Origin: a virus
Direction: 5' to 3' (one strand)
Length of the DNA: 64,000 bases
Virus record (IMG/VR): IMGVR_UViG_3300018984_000002
Location: 38,777-102,776 of that record
This document shows positions 20,601 through 31,386 of this stretch, piece after piece (positions within the stretch are counted from its first letter, which is position 1; each line of letters starts with the position of its first letter). The notes below the pieces were generated by a model. It ran no database searches. It was not told where the DNA came from and worked only from the letters and a program-made list of their open reading frames with translations. Made by a program: the position numbers and the translations under genes.

Positions 20601-23600
20601 GTAGTGGTTTCTTTAGTGGTTTACTTACTAGTGCTACTGGATTTTTTGAGACTATTAAAAAAGGCACTAAAGATGTTGCGTTAGGGTTAGCCGATATTGC
20701 TGTAGGACTAAAAGATGGAGCAGTAGGAGCACTTAAGTCTGTAAAAGAAATGGAATTTTCTTTTGGAGGCTTAAAGAAAGCAATGAGTGGAGGATTAAGT
20801 GGTGTAGTTGGCTTGCTTACCACTGGGTTATCTGCGGCTATTGCAGGGGCAAGTACTGCCTTTGGCGTATTAGCTACTGCCGCTAAATTTGCATGGGCTG
20901 CTGTAAGTGGTCCAATGGCTCCATTGTTATTAGTGTTAGGAGCTGTGACAGCTGGAGTAGCGTTACTTTATGACAAATTCTTTGGTTTCGGTAAAGCAGC
21001 AGATAATTTAAATAAAGAATTTGAAAATATCAGCAAAGAAACATCTAAGTCTTTAGAAGAAGTAGATAAAACTTTTGAGGCAACAGCTAAAGCCGCTGAT
21101 GAAACTTTGCTTAGTTCTTTTAAAAAACTAGGTGAAGAAGCTCCTAAATCAGTCTTAGGTATTGAAGATTCTATTAAGCCTCTCAAGAATGAAATAGAAA
21201 TACAAAAAGGAGCTTTTGGTAGTCTTTTAGATATGATTAAAAATGGTTTTAAAGACCCACTTAAAGCTATTAAAGATTTTATATTAAACATTACAGGACT
21301 AGGCAAAGCTATAGATGTAGTGAGTAGTGCTAGTAATAATCTAGGTGGATTTTTCAATAAAATAACAGACTTTATTAAAAAAATACCTTTAATTGGGGAT
21401 GCTGTTGAATTACTTGAAAATGTCGGTAAAACTATTGGTGGTTTGGTAGATGGTGTCGGCAAATTCTTTGGGGGTATCAAAGAAGCTTATGAATTAGACC
21501 AGATAGTAGAACCTGTTAGTAAACTGCGTAAAGCCGGAGAAGATTTAGCTACTGATCAATTACGTGCAAGTAAAGCTATTGGAGCATACAACAAAGGATT
21601 ATTCCAAACCAAAGAACTAAATGAGTTAGTACTAAAAGGAAATAAATTAAGCACTGAACAAGTAGCTATTAAAACAGCTTTACTTGAAAAAGAATCAGCT
21701 GCAATGCAAAGGCTAGTAGATAGAGCTAATGCAGAAACAGGTGCTAACAACAAACGTATTGAAGAAGCTCAAAAGTTAGCTGATCAATATAAAAAAGTAA
21801 CTAAAGATGCTAGTGGAAACGAAGTAGAAGATTTAAAAAATCAGGATATAAGGCGTGTAAAACTACTCGAAGAAATAGAGATCATTGAAGCTAAAAACAA
21901 AAAGCTACAAGACTCTGTTTCTCAAGCAAAAGAAGAACTTCAACTAGTAATTAAATTACAACAAGAGCGAGAAAGACTGCAAGAACGAGTCCGAAATAAT
22001 AAGGGAGATGATTTAGATCCTACCAAAGGTGACGTAGCAGGTGAGAACTACATCAAAAACTCTCTAAATCGGGGCTTACAGGCTAGCACAGAAGAGTTGG
22101 ATAATTACTCAAAGAAAGTACAAGCAGTATTAGATGGCACGGGTAAGTACCTAGAAACCACCACAGACAAGACGGGTAATAAGATTACTACCCTGACAAA
22201 GATCAAGCTCACAGACTTAGAAGGAGCAACAGACAAGCTTGACGAGAAAGTCATGGGGGCTGTTGGAGCTGTAGACGCACTGTTTGAACAAGGATATATT
22301 GACAGTGACAAAGCTGCTGAAAAGATTACAGAGACATTAGAGAAGACGGTTACCGGATCTACTGGTAAGATACAAAAGCTTAAAGAACTGTTAGACCCAC
22401 AAACTCAAATCGACTTAATTAATCAAGTAGTTGACTATCAACAAAAAGCAAGTCAAAGTCAAATCGGCTTAAAAACCAAAGAAATAGAAAAACTGAAATC
22501 ATTAGACGAAGCACGTTTAGCTAACTCTAGTGAAGTAGCAAAAAATATACGTAAGATTGAAGCTGAACAAATGGAGATTCAGCGCACTACGCTTGAAAAA
22601 CAAATAGCGGCTTTAGTAAATTCAAAGCAAGGTAGTCCACAAAAGATCAAAGAATTGACAGCAGACCTTGAAAAACTAAAGTCAGATCAAAAAGGTCAAC
22701 AAATAAGAAATAGTGTTAGTGACGCTAACCAAGAAAACAATGATAGAAAACAACAGTTAGATAAAGACTTAGAACTACAAAAAACGTATGAAGCAGCAAA
22801 AATAGGCAGTGTAGAAGCAACTAGTAAAAAGATTCGCCAGATAGAAGAAGAACAATTAGGTATTCAAAGAAAGAATCTACAAAATGAAATAGACGTATTA
22901 ACAGCAGCTGGAAGTGATCCTAAAAAAATAGCCGAACTACAAAAGAGTATGGAAAAACTCAATGTGGAATCTCGTGCTAAACAAATGAAAGATAAGATAG
23001 ATGATGCTACAAAAGAAACAGAAGCCACAAGAGAAAAATTAGGTAATCAACTAGAACTAGAACGTACATTCCAACAAGCTCGTATTGGAGATAATGTTGA
23101 AACTACCAAAAAGATAAATCAGTTAGAACTACAACAACTCCAAGCTTCTAAATTAGCACTAGAAGCTAAAGTTAAAATAATGAAACAAACTGGCGTTGAT
23201 CCTGAAGAGATTAAAAAAGTAGAACAACAAATAACTTTAATTACAGCACAAGAAAGTGCTAAACGTATTACTAACATTCAGTCTGAAATGGCTGCAAGAG
23301 TAGCCAAAGTAAAACAAGCTACAGAAAAACAAATTAGCTTAGACGAATTAGCAAGACTTAAAGGTGAAAAGTCATTCAAAGATGCTAGTGATAATGCAAT
23401 AAAATTACGTCAGGAAACCAATGCAAAAGAACAACAACTGTTATTAGAACAAATTAACCGTACTAAGTCTGCTGGTGGAAATACAGACGAATTACAAAAA
23501 CAGTTAATTGATAAACAAATAGAGTATCAAAAAATACTTACTGAAAAAATACAAAAAGAAGTAGAACGCCGTAAACAGATACTTAGTAATAGTGTTAATG

Positions 23601-25228
23601 AACAAGTATTAGAACAAACTAAATTACTTAATAGTTTGGACGCTCAGAGTAAGAGTTTGGAGTCCGAAAATAAGCTACAAGATAGTCGTAAATCCCTACT
23701 AGAAGCCCAAAACCAGTACCAAGTAGCTATGCTGCAGAACCAGCTTAAGACTACTAATGACGTGGTAGTAAGAGCTGATATAGAAAAACAAATTGCAGAA
23801 CGTAATTTTAAAAATCTACAAGACCAACAAAGTAGTGAATTAGCTTCCTTACAAGTACAAGAACAACAAAACAAACTTGCGGCTGAACGCGAACAGATTC
23901 AATTACGTTTAAGTAAGCTACAAAATCAGTTAAGTCAAGATCAACTTAAATTAGACATTGAAACAGCTACTCGTACTCGCAGTAAAAGCGAAGAAGAAAT
24001 AGTTGCTATGAACAATCAGTTAGCTACGCTGGCTGAACAAGGTAATGTATTAGAACAACAACAAGGTTTATTAGAAAAAAATAGTCAACAACAACAAGAA
24101 ATTACAAAAAATAATCGACTACAACTAGAATACAAACAACGTAGTGCTAGAGAGTCTGCAAGTATTGATTTAGAGTTGGCTAAAAATAAACAACAATTAG
24201 CTGTGTTTGAGAAGATGGCTCAGACAGCTAAGATACGTGCAGATATTACTCAAACTGTTGCAGACATAGAACTTAAATCTGCAACTGCTATTGGTAAATT
24301 AAATGAAAATAGAACTAAACTATTAAACCAACAAAAAGAAATTATAGATGATTCTCTTAGTGCTAGTCAAAATAGTTACCAAATAGCTGCCGATCTTACT
24401 ACTGACGAAAAAGAAAAAGCGCAAATCCAAAAAGAAGCATTAATGGTACGCGCAGCCACTCTTGACAAACAACAAAGTATTGAAAAAGAGTTACTTGAGA
24501 TACAGTTACAACAAAATAAACTAGCCCAAGAACGTCAAAAGATAGAAGCAGATATTGCTGTTATTCGTAAAAGTGCAGAACTACAAGCTGTTATCGCAGA
24601 AGACAAACGTATTCAAGCAGATAAAACTAAATCTAAAGAAGAAAAAGAAGCTAGTAGTGCAACAGTAGCGGCAAAACAAGTTGACGTGGCAGCAGCAAAT
24701 TATGAACGAGACATCTTAACTAAACAACAAGAACTGACCAAAAAAGACGAAGAAATACAAAGACGTAAATTAAGTAATAAACAATTTCAAGAAACTCAAG
24801 GACTACAAGTTGAGTTAGCTAAATCTACTGAAGATAAAAACGACGATATTGTAGTACGTAATAATGCATTAGCTAATGCACGTAGTAACGCCAGTTTGGT
24901 GTCAGATACTCCTGTTAAAGTAGCGAACACAGAGTTACCTAAATTTGCCGATTATATAAAGCAATTAAATATAAGCTTACCTAAATTAAGTGATTTAACT
25001 CAACAATCTGTTAAGGAGGTAAGTAACAATACTAGTAGTGTCCGAAATAATAATAGTACTAGTAATGTAAATAACAATAGTGCAGTTAAACAAGGGGATA
25101 TAAAAGTTGATGCCCCAATTACTATTAATATTGAAAAAGCTAAAGATAACGATATTGCAGTAGAAACAGGTAGTGAAGTTTACAATGTACTGTATGATGT
25201 ATTCCGTAAAGTGGAACAAAGAGTATAA
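17669..25228 (+). CDS. tail tape measure protein (TP901-family core)
   Basis: 2519 aa; Ala/Gly-rich TP901-type core (LKLAKAGGAD, GITTIPELAGG) and long coiled-coil C-terminal half. Confidence 0.9.
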   Translation: MSQLAAGINEIGMPDPSQLDGLGKAVQSYNQQIIKLQTTQAAAQASFWGIQKATEAASKTFASSVPTIKTSAEVFEKLQISTGNLGKVLQKGFEVGQILKVFNILQEGAIKMIAQFDRIPQALSLMNASGVSTGVIDEFSQITEALKLNGAAIDQFSLNAVARFNEFNAGLTRVQTLFTKESGFNVEKYGEDLQKLVDGPLKNSITSIEALDGAYNAISAGFTKAADSQAVMTAGLKLAKAGGADSADVMRLLGATLNAYGKSASEAGKVGAQLNLIVQKGITTIPELAGGFAETATTAKSAGVSLEDLSAAVAVLTTKGNSTPSALTGIESISRNIIAKTPEATKALEGLVDAAGKPVKFDITEIKADGLAKSLQRLNQAVGGNVVKLKEIIPESRAYSTALALMQNNSKDLADISLQMGQTTAKALDEVFGQQIAQKSEKFVQIVNRFGEVMIKLGKSLTPAFESGLKVLDTVSETIAKIPDGVKENIAQFLLAGLAFKQTTGAVGVFTATLVKAFLAYQGFRLSTMAFNGELFKQIDIIGKLYKANAGLLPVALQLFGVDQQRILAEKDLLVGGEKNVVVTKTRVQAAKELATEKKDLVGALKTLIGLDREALIVSSSVAKSYDEQVAAIQPLVDLNKRVKKSREEATKANSDFVKAEETLNSKREKFSQLEEELLKKKEAQKQLQEEASKLLQSKDTTPEVRKQVVEKVETIKSDVGKSETERLIRLKEIQRQEELVGKAKNKVAETTKKEADTVAQVTKDQLELVSARRNAAALAQKAKEAETLAEIANTEAKTANALASKSGFKDVALNTAAEEANTIAKTQNAIASKSRVAATEADIAVRKINTGLLQSEAIAENKLIETKLLGLKTTVGNNAITKLFTTNISDLLSDLSKTVSTTLGFTTDKFKDFFGFLSQKSGSKGFFVGLKEDFVSNFKEIKKSIENPVDSFNKLKSGAIDSFSAITEASKNLGTGGSGFFSGLLTSATGFFETIKKGTKDVALGLADIAVGLKDGAVGALKSVKEMEFSFGGLKKAMSGGLSGVVGLLTTGLSAAIAGASTAFGVLATAAKFAWAAVSGPMAPLLLVLGAVTAGVALLYDKFFGFGKAADNLNKEFENISKETSKSLEEVDKTFEATAKAADETLLSSFKKLGEEAPKSVLGIEDSIKPLKNEIEIQKGAFGSLLDMIKNGFKDPLKAIKDFILNITGLGKAIDVVSSASNNLGGFFNKITDFIKKIPLIGDAVELLENVGKTIGGLVDGVGKFFGGIKEAYELDQIVEPVSKLRKAGEDLATDQLRASKAIGAYNKGLFQTKELNELVLKGNKLSTEQVAIKTALLEKESAAMQRLVDRANAETGANNKRIEEAQKLADQYKKVTKDASGNEVEDLKNQDIRRVKLLEEIEIIEAKNKKLQDSVSQAKEELQLVIKLQQERERLQERVRNNKGDDLDPTKGDVAGENYIKNSLNRGLQASTEELDNYSKKVQAVLDGTGKYLETTTDKTGNKITTLTKIKLTDLEGATDKLDEKVMGAVGAVDALFEQGYIDSDKAAEKITETLEKTVTGSTGKIQKLKELLDPQTQIDLINQVVDYQQKASQSQIGLKTKEIEKLKSLDEARLANSSEVAKNIRKIEAEQMEIQRTTLEKQIAALVNSKQGSPQKIKELTADLEKLKSDQKGQQIRNSVSDANQENNDRKQQLDKDLELQKTYEAAKIGSVEATSKKIRQIEEEQLGIQRKNLQNEIDVLTAAGSDPKKIAELQKSMEKLNVESRAKQMKDKIDDATKETEATREKLGNQLELERTFQQARIGDNVETTKKINQLELQQLQASKLALEAKVKIMKQTGVDPEEIKKVEQQITLITAQESAKRITNIQSEMAARVAKVKQATEKQISLDELARLKGEKSFKDASDNAIKLRQETNAKEQQLLLEQINRTKSAGGNTDELQKQLIDKQIEYQKILTEKIQKEVERRKQILSNSVNEQVLEQTKLLNSLDAQSKSLESENKLQDSRKSLLEAQNQYQVAMLQNQLKTTNDVVVRADIEKQIAERNFKNLQDQQSSELASLQVQEQQNKLAAEREQIQLRLSKLQNQLSQDQLKLDIETATRTRSKSEEEIVAMNNQLATLAEQGNVLEQQQGLLEKNSQQQQEITKNNRLQLEYKQRSARESASIDLELAKNKQQLAVFEKMAQTAKIRADITQTVADIELKSATAIGKLNENRTKLLNQQKEIIDDSLSASQNSYQIAADLTTDEKEKAQIQKEALMVRAATLDKQQSIEKELLEIQLQQNKLAQERQKIEADIAVIRKSAELQAVIAEDKRIQADKTKSKEEKEASSATVAAKQVDVAAANYERDILTKQQELTKKDEEIQRRKLSNKQFQETQGLQVELAKSTEDKNDDIVVRNNALANARSNASLVSDTPVKVANTELPKFADYIKQLNISLPKLSDLTQQSVKEVSNNTSSVRNNNSTSNVNNNSAVKQGDIKVDAPITINIEKAKDNDIAVETGSEVYNVLYDVFRKVEQRV

Positions 25229-25737
25229 TGTTAACTTCTCTACTTGAATGTGGTGATCCGCGTGTTAGATATATACAAATTAAAATCCCAGATATTGATG
25301 CTTTAACTACACTTAATCTCCGAGAAGATATTGTTTATTTTGATGGTACTAATTACTGGTTGACTTTGTTTATTGATGAAAATGATTATGATCCTATACA
25401 AACAGGTGAAGGAACCGAACTTAAACAAACAGCTAATGGTTGGTTTATTAGCCGCCAATTAATGCCTAAAGGTTTTAATGCAAAGTTTACTTACACTGAA
25501 ACAAATATACGTATAGCTATTATGCGTATTGCTAGATACCACGCAATAAATAATACTATAACTACTATTATTGATACTGTTTCTCCAGAAGAAAAAGACT
25601 TTGAGTTAGGTTATACCATTAGACAAGGAATAATTAAATCTCCGATCACATACAAAGGAGCTAGTCATCCGGGTTCTACGTACAGTGCTAATGGTTTTAC
25701 TTTTACTTTTATGGAGAAAGCAAACTATTATGTTTAA
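25228..25737 (+). CDS. putative distal tail protein
   Basis: Directly follows the tape measure gene with a TAATG overlap; 169 aa. Confidence 0.45.
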   Translation: MLTSLLECGDPRVRYIQIKIPDIDALTTLNLREDIVYFDGTNYWLTLFIDENDYDPIQTGEGTELKQTANGWFISRQLMPKGFNAKFTYTETNIRIAIMRIARYHAINNTITTIIDTVSPEEKDFELGYTIRQGIIKSPITYKGASHPGSTYSANGFTFTFMEKANYYV

Positions 25738-28420
25738 TATTACATATGGTGGAGCAACAAGTACTCAACTAGTTAATACTGCGGTATCTGCTCCAATAGT
25801 TCAATTAAATAATACAAATAATATTCCTATAGCAGTTACAGATAGTACTACTGGTTTAAATCAGATCATTACTAGTAATATAATTAATACTCCTGTTTTA
25901 CTTCCCGATAGTAGTTACAGTATTCCATTATCTACTACCAAGTTTGTAACTAGTATTGTGGTGGGAAATATTACTTATAGTCCTAGTACAGACAAGAATT
26001 TAAAAACACCAAATACTTTTTATTACGACAACTTTAACGGTTTATTATTATTTAATACTACAAACAACATATCTAGCTTAAATAGTATTGTAGTTAATAC
26101 CGTAGATACTCTATTATTTTCGGACAATATAAATGTCCCAGATTTTGTTACTAAGTACAACTTATTTGGCACTATAAATATTAGTCGTAGTTTTCAACAA
26201 CATCCTAGTATAAGTTTTACTATTCTTTGTTATAAAGATGAAGTTCAGTTTGTAAGACAATTATTTAATAGTTACGATACTAAATATATATTTTATGGAA
26301 TGCCATTTAGATGCAGTACCAGAAATAGTACTATTAAACCTGTATCTAAAAACCCTCATGGAGAATACCAAATAACGTTTAGCTTTAGTGGTTGGTATCA
26401 AGAGTTATTAGATAAACAAGTATTTATTAAACAAGGTGGAGGCAATACTCCTACCACTGCTCCATTTAGTGATGCAGCTTGCAAGCTAGACGCGCCTAAA
26501 ACAAGTACTCAAGGTACAACTTCTGCTACCAATCCTAGCAATGCAACTATATCTTTATCTCAGATAGCTAGTAAAGCTGGATTTAATTATTACGGATATA
26601 ACTTTAGTTATGAATACCCAAAAAGTAGTCCGCCAGATAGTACTGTAACTTTTACTGCTGCTTACTCTGATAGAGCAATTACTAAAGGTTTATATTTGTG
26701 TTACTCAAACGAGATGGGAGTAACAACTATGGACTGGAAAGGAGTACCTTACTACACAAACAGTGATGTAAATATAATCACAGATACTTTATCTGAAAGT
26801 AAAAATATTAAACCTGTAGAATACAACACTGTAGAATTAACACTTGATACTCAAAATGATAGTGGTGATTTAGATCAAGAAGACACCAAAGGTAATCAAG
26901 CACCTAAATTTGAATACAAGCCACCTCAAACAAGAACCGAAATAACAGGCGATCCAAATGCTAGTACTCCACCTAATAACGATAAATATATAAAAACATT
27001 AGACTTATGTTTTGACAAAAGTGGTACTAAAAAAAATGAAATTCATACTACTTATCAAGGTAGTACTGTTATCAGTCAAACTATAAATATATATGGTTAT
27101 AAGTATCTAGCACAAGATATTTACAGCGCAGGTACTAGAACGTTGTTGGGAGGTGCTGGTAACTATTGGCAACTGGTAGAAACTACCACCACTACTTATC
27201 TTATAGATAAAACCACTGGGTACATAACAGGCAACGATGTAACAGGATGGAAATACGGTCGCTTTAAACAAGAAACAGATGCTTTAGAAACTGTAACTAT
27301 AACTGAAAGTGATCTTAAGCAACCTTATTTGTGGGTAAAAATACCAATTATAGGAGCAACTAGATACTACCTACGGCAATTTCGAGATTATTACAAAGAT
27401 GCCCAAAAAGTATACCCTTATATTTTCTACGAGGAATGTAATCCATTAACAGGTAAAATGGAACGCCGTGCTAAGTTTGATCCTAGCTGGATTGAACCTA
27501 TGTTTGTGTCTGAAGAGATGACAGAACTTAATGCATTCCGTACTATGCCTAATCCAGAAAACAAAGAAGTAGTTGCTGGTGAACCATTTTTACCTATTCT
27601 CACTGTTGGTGAACAAAAAGCAATTAGAACAAAAACTAAAATATACCGTTCTAAAAACACTACTACGGACACAGATGTAGGAGATGTACTTATTGGAGAT
27701 GTATTAAATGTGTTACCTGAAGATAAATATACACAATATACAAGTACGTTTACCGCTCAAGATAGTGGATTTAATAACTCATTTGAAGAAACTTCTGATA
27801 GTGATAGTAGTGGTAAACCGTCTCAAGCTAATTTTATGCCATTACCTTATACTCGCAAAGAAGACGGTGATGATACTTTAGATGAGCAAAAAAAAGATCC
27901 TACAAAGCCAAGTACACCAACATACCAGTATATATTAACTACTCCACCACACAACCCTTATAATCCAATACAGAATAGTGTTTCGTTTAATACTAAAAAT
28001 CTTGCAGATGCATTGTTAGCTGCTAAGACACAATTAGAAATCAACGATATGCAACAAAATATTCAAATAAGTATCGAGACTTTTTTTAATCCGTATATAG
28101 TAGAAGGTTCTCGTTATTATATTACTTACGCTAATGAAACTTATCCTATGCGGGTTATTACTAATAGTTCTGTTGTATCGATACAAGGTATAGACGAAAC
28201 AGGTACTACTAAGCTTTCAGGTAAAACAACTTTAACATTAGGCATAGACAGCCAGTTAGGTAATACTGTTAAATTAACTAAGATACCTAAACCTGGCGAT
28301 CCAAGTACAGGTAATCCTAAAGATAATCCTAGATATTTAGAGTTTCAATATATCTGGAAAAAAGGTTTTCAATTAGGTACTATGATAGATAGTCGTACAC
28401 GTAGTCGAGCTAATTTCTAA
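25730..28420 (+). CDS. large tail tip / baseplate hub protein
   Basis: Thr/Ser/Tyr-rich, about 896 aa from ATG 25730; positional call. Confidence 0.55.
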   Translation: MFNITYGGATSTQLVNTAVSAPIVQLNNTNNIPIAVTDSTTGLNQIITSNIINTPVLLPDSSYSIPLSTTKFVTSIVVGNITYSPSTDKNLKTPNTFYYDNFNGLLLFNTTNNISSLNSIVVNTVDTLLFSDNINVPDFVTKYNLFGTINISRSFQQHPSISFTILCYKDEVQFVRQLFNSYDTKYIFYGMPFRCSTRNSTIKPVSKNPHGEYQITFSFSGWYQELLDKQVFIKQGGGNTPTTAPFSDAACKLDAPKTSTQGTTSATNPSNATISLSQIASKAGFNYYGYNFSYEYPKSSPPDSTVTFTAAYSDRAITKGLYLCYSNEMGVTTMDWKGVPYYTNSDVNIITDTLSESKNIKPVEYNTVELTLDTQNDSGDLDQEDTKGNQAPKFEYKPPQTRTEITGDPNASTPPNNDKYIKTLDLCFDKSGTKKNEIHTTYQGSTVISQTINIYGYKYLAQDIYSAGTRTLLGGAGNYWQLVETTTTTYLIDKTTGYITGNDVTGWKYGRFKQETDALETVTITESDLKQPYLWVKIPIIGATRYYLRQFRDYYKDAQKVYPYIFYEECNPLTGKMERRAKFDPSWIEPMFVSEEMTELNAFRTMPNPENKEVVAGEPFLPILTVGEQKAIRTKTKIYRSKNTTTDTDVGDVLIGDVLNVLPEDKYTQYTSTFTAQDSGFNNSFEETSDSDSSGKPSQANFMPLPYTRKEDGDDTLDEQKKDPTKPSTPTYQYILTTPPHNPYNPIQNSVSFNTKNLADALLAAKTQLEINDMQQNIQISIETFFNPYIVEGSRYYITYANETYPMRVITNSSVVSIQGIDETGTTKLSGKTTLTLGIDSQLGNTVKLTKIPKPGDPSTGNPKDNPRYLEFQYIWKKGFQLGTMIDSRTRSRANF

Positions 28421-28590
28421 TGATGCAAGTTAACAAAGAACAAGTAATTAATGTATTAATTGACTTAATTAAAAGTAACGAGCTACAGTTTGTAGATAAT
28501 AATCTTGTGTTAGGTAATGGTACAAAAATACCTTTTCCAACTACTTCACCTAGTACTGTTACTCGTTTAAATAAAATTACTAATAGATAG
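28420..28590 (+). CDS. 56-aa hypothetical protein (not in ORF track)
   Basis: MMQVNKEQVINVLIDLIK...; TAATG overlap fills the gap between tail genes. Confidence 0.55.
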   Translation: MMQVNKEQVINVLIDLIKSNELQFVDNNLVLGNGTKIPFPTTSPSTVTRLNKITNR

Positions 28591-28594
28591 TATT

Positions 28595-31384
28595 ATGGCT
28601 TTAACTTTTGCTAGTGGAAGAGAAACTTTAAGTAGTGATAGCTGGACGGTGAATAGTACTACTGGCGGTAATGTACCTACTGGTACTTATTATTTATCTT
28701 TACAAGCTAGAAACAGAATAGGATTTAACCTACCTCTATACACAAGTATTACTGTTGAAAATAATAGCAAGATTGTAATTACAATCAACCCAGAAGCAAG
28801 ACTATTATCTGAAGATTGGCATTACTATGTAGTGGGATGTTCAACTACTAATACACCTAGCTCTTATATTCAAATAGCTAAAATACCAGGAATTAATCCT
28901 GATGATCAATTTACATTATTAACATTACCAATTGTCACGGAGATTAGTTACTTATACATTAACCCTGTTAGTGCACTGCCTACTACTAATTTAGTTAACG
29001 GAACAACTATTGCTTATACTACTAAAAATTTAGTGTATGAGTATGACAGTTATGACACCTCTACATTAATAGACAATGAATTAGTATTATTAGGTGCTAA
29101 TAATAAGCGATGGAAAGTAAAAGGTAATTTAAGTAATTACATTACCAATACAACAGGACTATTAGGTTGTAATCAAGACTTAAGAGAAATAACAGATACT
29201 ACGGGTATAATAATACCTAAATATAATCCCAATACTCCTGTAGCCACATTAAGTCCGCCGATTAGGTATGTATTAACACCTAGTGTTCAAACTACTATTT
29301 CCAAGGGAACCAGAATAGGAATAACTATTAGATTAAGTGGACTAGATAAAAGTAGCTTATTTTCGGACAAACTAGTATTTGTACCAGAAGGCTTTGTAGA
29401 TTTAGGCACTGGAGAGCTACAAACTACTCTCAATGATTTAACAACTCCAATGAGTACTATTGGTACTAATATCAATTATCAGTATGGTAAAAACAATTTA
29501 TATATAGAAGAAGACTTACCTACTACTCAAGGATTTCAATTTAAACTACAATTACGTTTTACAGCTGCACAATACGCAAGTTTAATTCCAGAAGGAGCCA
29601 GTATTAGCTTTAACATGGATTTTACAGACAGTGCAGGTGTATACCAAGAGTTAGGACAAGCTATAGGAAATATAGTATTCTCAGATGGAGAATTAGGTAG
29701 AGTATATCCTGGTGTAGGCTTAAACGTCTATGTAGGTAGCCGTAGTGGATTAATTAAGAATTTCTCTTTTCCGTTAGTAAATGGAAATACAATAACTAAC
29801 TTATCCCCAAATACAGATAATCAACAAATAGTTATCAATCAAAGTGGTAATAGTTTTGTAGGATTTCCAAATATACCTAGTGATTCTTCTTTAAGAGCTT
29901 TGGTTGGTACTGTTAGTGGAGTTACTAATCCTAGTACAGAATCTGAGGTTACTACATTAACAGCTAATCAGGGTTTAATAATAACAGTAAACCATCCAGT
30001 TCTTAACGATAAAGGGATAGTAAGAAGTAATTATCCTGATGTAATAGCTAATAGTGATAAAGGAAGTTTTAATCCTAATGAAATAGTATTTTATGTCCGA
30101 AATACAAGTACTAATGTAATCAAAGAGTTTACAGGTAATTCAGTAGTAGTAGATAATACTCAAGATTTTACGTTACTGGATTGGACTAACGCCACTACTA
30201 TTGCAGAGATTCCAACGCAAACAGATTTAGCATTTAGTTTATACGAGCCAAATGATACCTTTACAATTACTAAAACAGTAGGGGCTAATTTTCCTGCGGG
30301 TAGTTACGTCATTAGTTATTGTTATTCTTATAACGGCAATCAAGTAACTAAAATTACTCACAACAGTTTAGATCTTCAGGATATTACTGAGAATTATATT
30401 TATGAATTAACAGTTAAATTAGGAGAAATTTTTGACAAAGTAAAATATCTAGGTAGTCCAGTTAAAACCGTATCTGATTTACAACTAGTATCTGGATTTG
30501 ATCGACTAGACTATCAACTTAGATATGTTGTTAGTACTAACAAAGAATATCGATACGATCCTGTAAGTACATTAACAGAAGACTTAGAAAATATTATTAA
30601 ACCTAGTGATATAGATACTTTACAATCTGGTAGATGGTTAAGTAGTAGTGGAACTAGCTGGTTTACTGGTAATACAGAACCAGATCCTAGATTAGGTAAA
30701 GTAGGGGACTTTTATTACAACAATATTAATTCAGAAATAAAAACAAAGACAAACAATACAACTTGGACTTTGTTATCTAGTATTCGTGGATCAACGTGGT
30801 ACAACGGTCCCGGAGTTCCTACAGCAAGTTTAGGATTACTAGGAGACTATTATGCTCAAGGTGGAAATACTGGCAATGTTTACAGAAAGACTACCAACAC
30901 TACTTGGACATTAAGTTTAAATATTAAAGGAGTAAAAGGAGATACTGGAGACATTGGACCAGTAGGCTTTTTTAATAGTGATAGTAATAGCCAATTTACA
31001 ACCACTAGTTTAGCCGCAAATAGCACTGCTGTATTTACAGTTCCAGTAGGTACTGTAGTAATATTTAACTCAATTACTACTTCAGTAGCTTGTCGTGTTA
31101 GAGTATATCAAAATCTAACTTCTGCACAAGCAGATCTAACTAGAGGTATTAATATTAAAGGACAAAAAGCAGCAGGATTAGTATTAGATATAGTAACTGG
31201 ATCTGGTGTTTATTCAGACGCTAGTGTTGTTACTAATCAGTTAAGTTGGTTATTTTCAGGAACTCCTACATTAGTTAATGCAGACATACCGAAAACAAAT
31301 AATGCTTATATTTCTATTACAAATATGACTAATATAGCAACAGCAATTACAGTAGCATTTAATTTATACGTATTAAGACAATAA
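28595..31384 (+). CDS. tail fibre / tail tip protein
   Basis: Beta-rich; duplicated W-x-x-G-x(7)-G-x-x-GD-[FY]-Y repeat and collagen-like GVKGDTGDIGPVG. Confidence 0.75.
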   Translation: MALTFASGRETLSSDSWTVNSTTGGNVPTGTYYLSLQARNRIGFNLPLYTSITVENNSKIVITINPEARLLSEDWHYYVVGCSTTNTPSSYIQIAKIPGINPDDQFTLLTLPIVTEISYLYINPVSALPTTNLVNGTTIAYTTKNLVYEYDSYDTSTLIDNELVLLGANNKRWKVKGNLSNYITNTTGLLGCNQDLREITDTTGIIIPKYNPNTPVATLSPPIRYVLTPSVQTTISKGTRIGITIRLSGLDKSSLFSDKLVFVPEGFVDLGTGELQTTLNDLTTPMSTIGTNINYQYGKNNLYIEEDLPTTQGFQFKLQLRFTAAQYASLIPEGASISFNMDFTDSAGVYQELGQAIGNIVFSDGELGRVYPGVGLNVYVGSRSGLIKNFSFPLVNGNTITNLSPNTDNQQIVINQSGNSFVGFPNIPSDSSLRALVGTVSGVTNPSTESEVTTLTANQGLIITVNHPVLNDKGIVRSNYPDVIANSDKGSFNPNEIVFYVRNTSTNVIKEFTGNSVVVDNTQDFTLLDWTNATTIAEIPTQTDLAFSLYEPNDTFTITKTVGANFPAGSYVISYCYSYNGNQVTKITHNSLDLQDITENYIYELTVKLGEIFDKVKYLGSPVKTVSDLQLVSGFDRLDYQLRYVVSTNKEYRYDPVSTLTEDLENIIKPSDIDTLQSGRWLSSSGTSWFTGNTEPDPRLGKVGDFYYNNINSEIKTKTNNTTWTLLSSIRGSTWYNGPGVPTASLGLLGDYYAQGGNTGNVYRKTTNTTWTLSLNIKGVKGDTGDIGPVGFFNSDSNSQFTTTSLAANSTAVFTVPVGTVVIFNSITTSVACRVRVYQNLTSAQADLTRGINIKGQKAAGLVLDIVTGSGVYSDASVVTNQLSWLFSGTPTLVNADIPKTNNAYISITNMTNIATAITVAFNLYVLRQ

Positions 31385-31386
31385 CT

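Noticed and set aside
17758-25219. Many - strand ORFs inside the tape measure gene
   Set aside because: Antisense shadows of a long Lys/Glu/Ala-rich ORF; no motifs and no independent signals.
25685-25729. ORF-track start MLMVLLLLL for the tail tip gene
   Set aside because: Overlaps the upstream gene by 53 nt; ATG at 25730 gives a normal short overlap.
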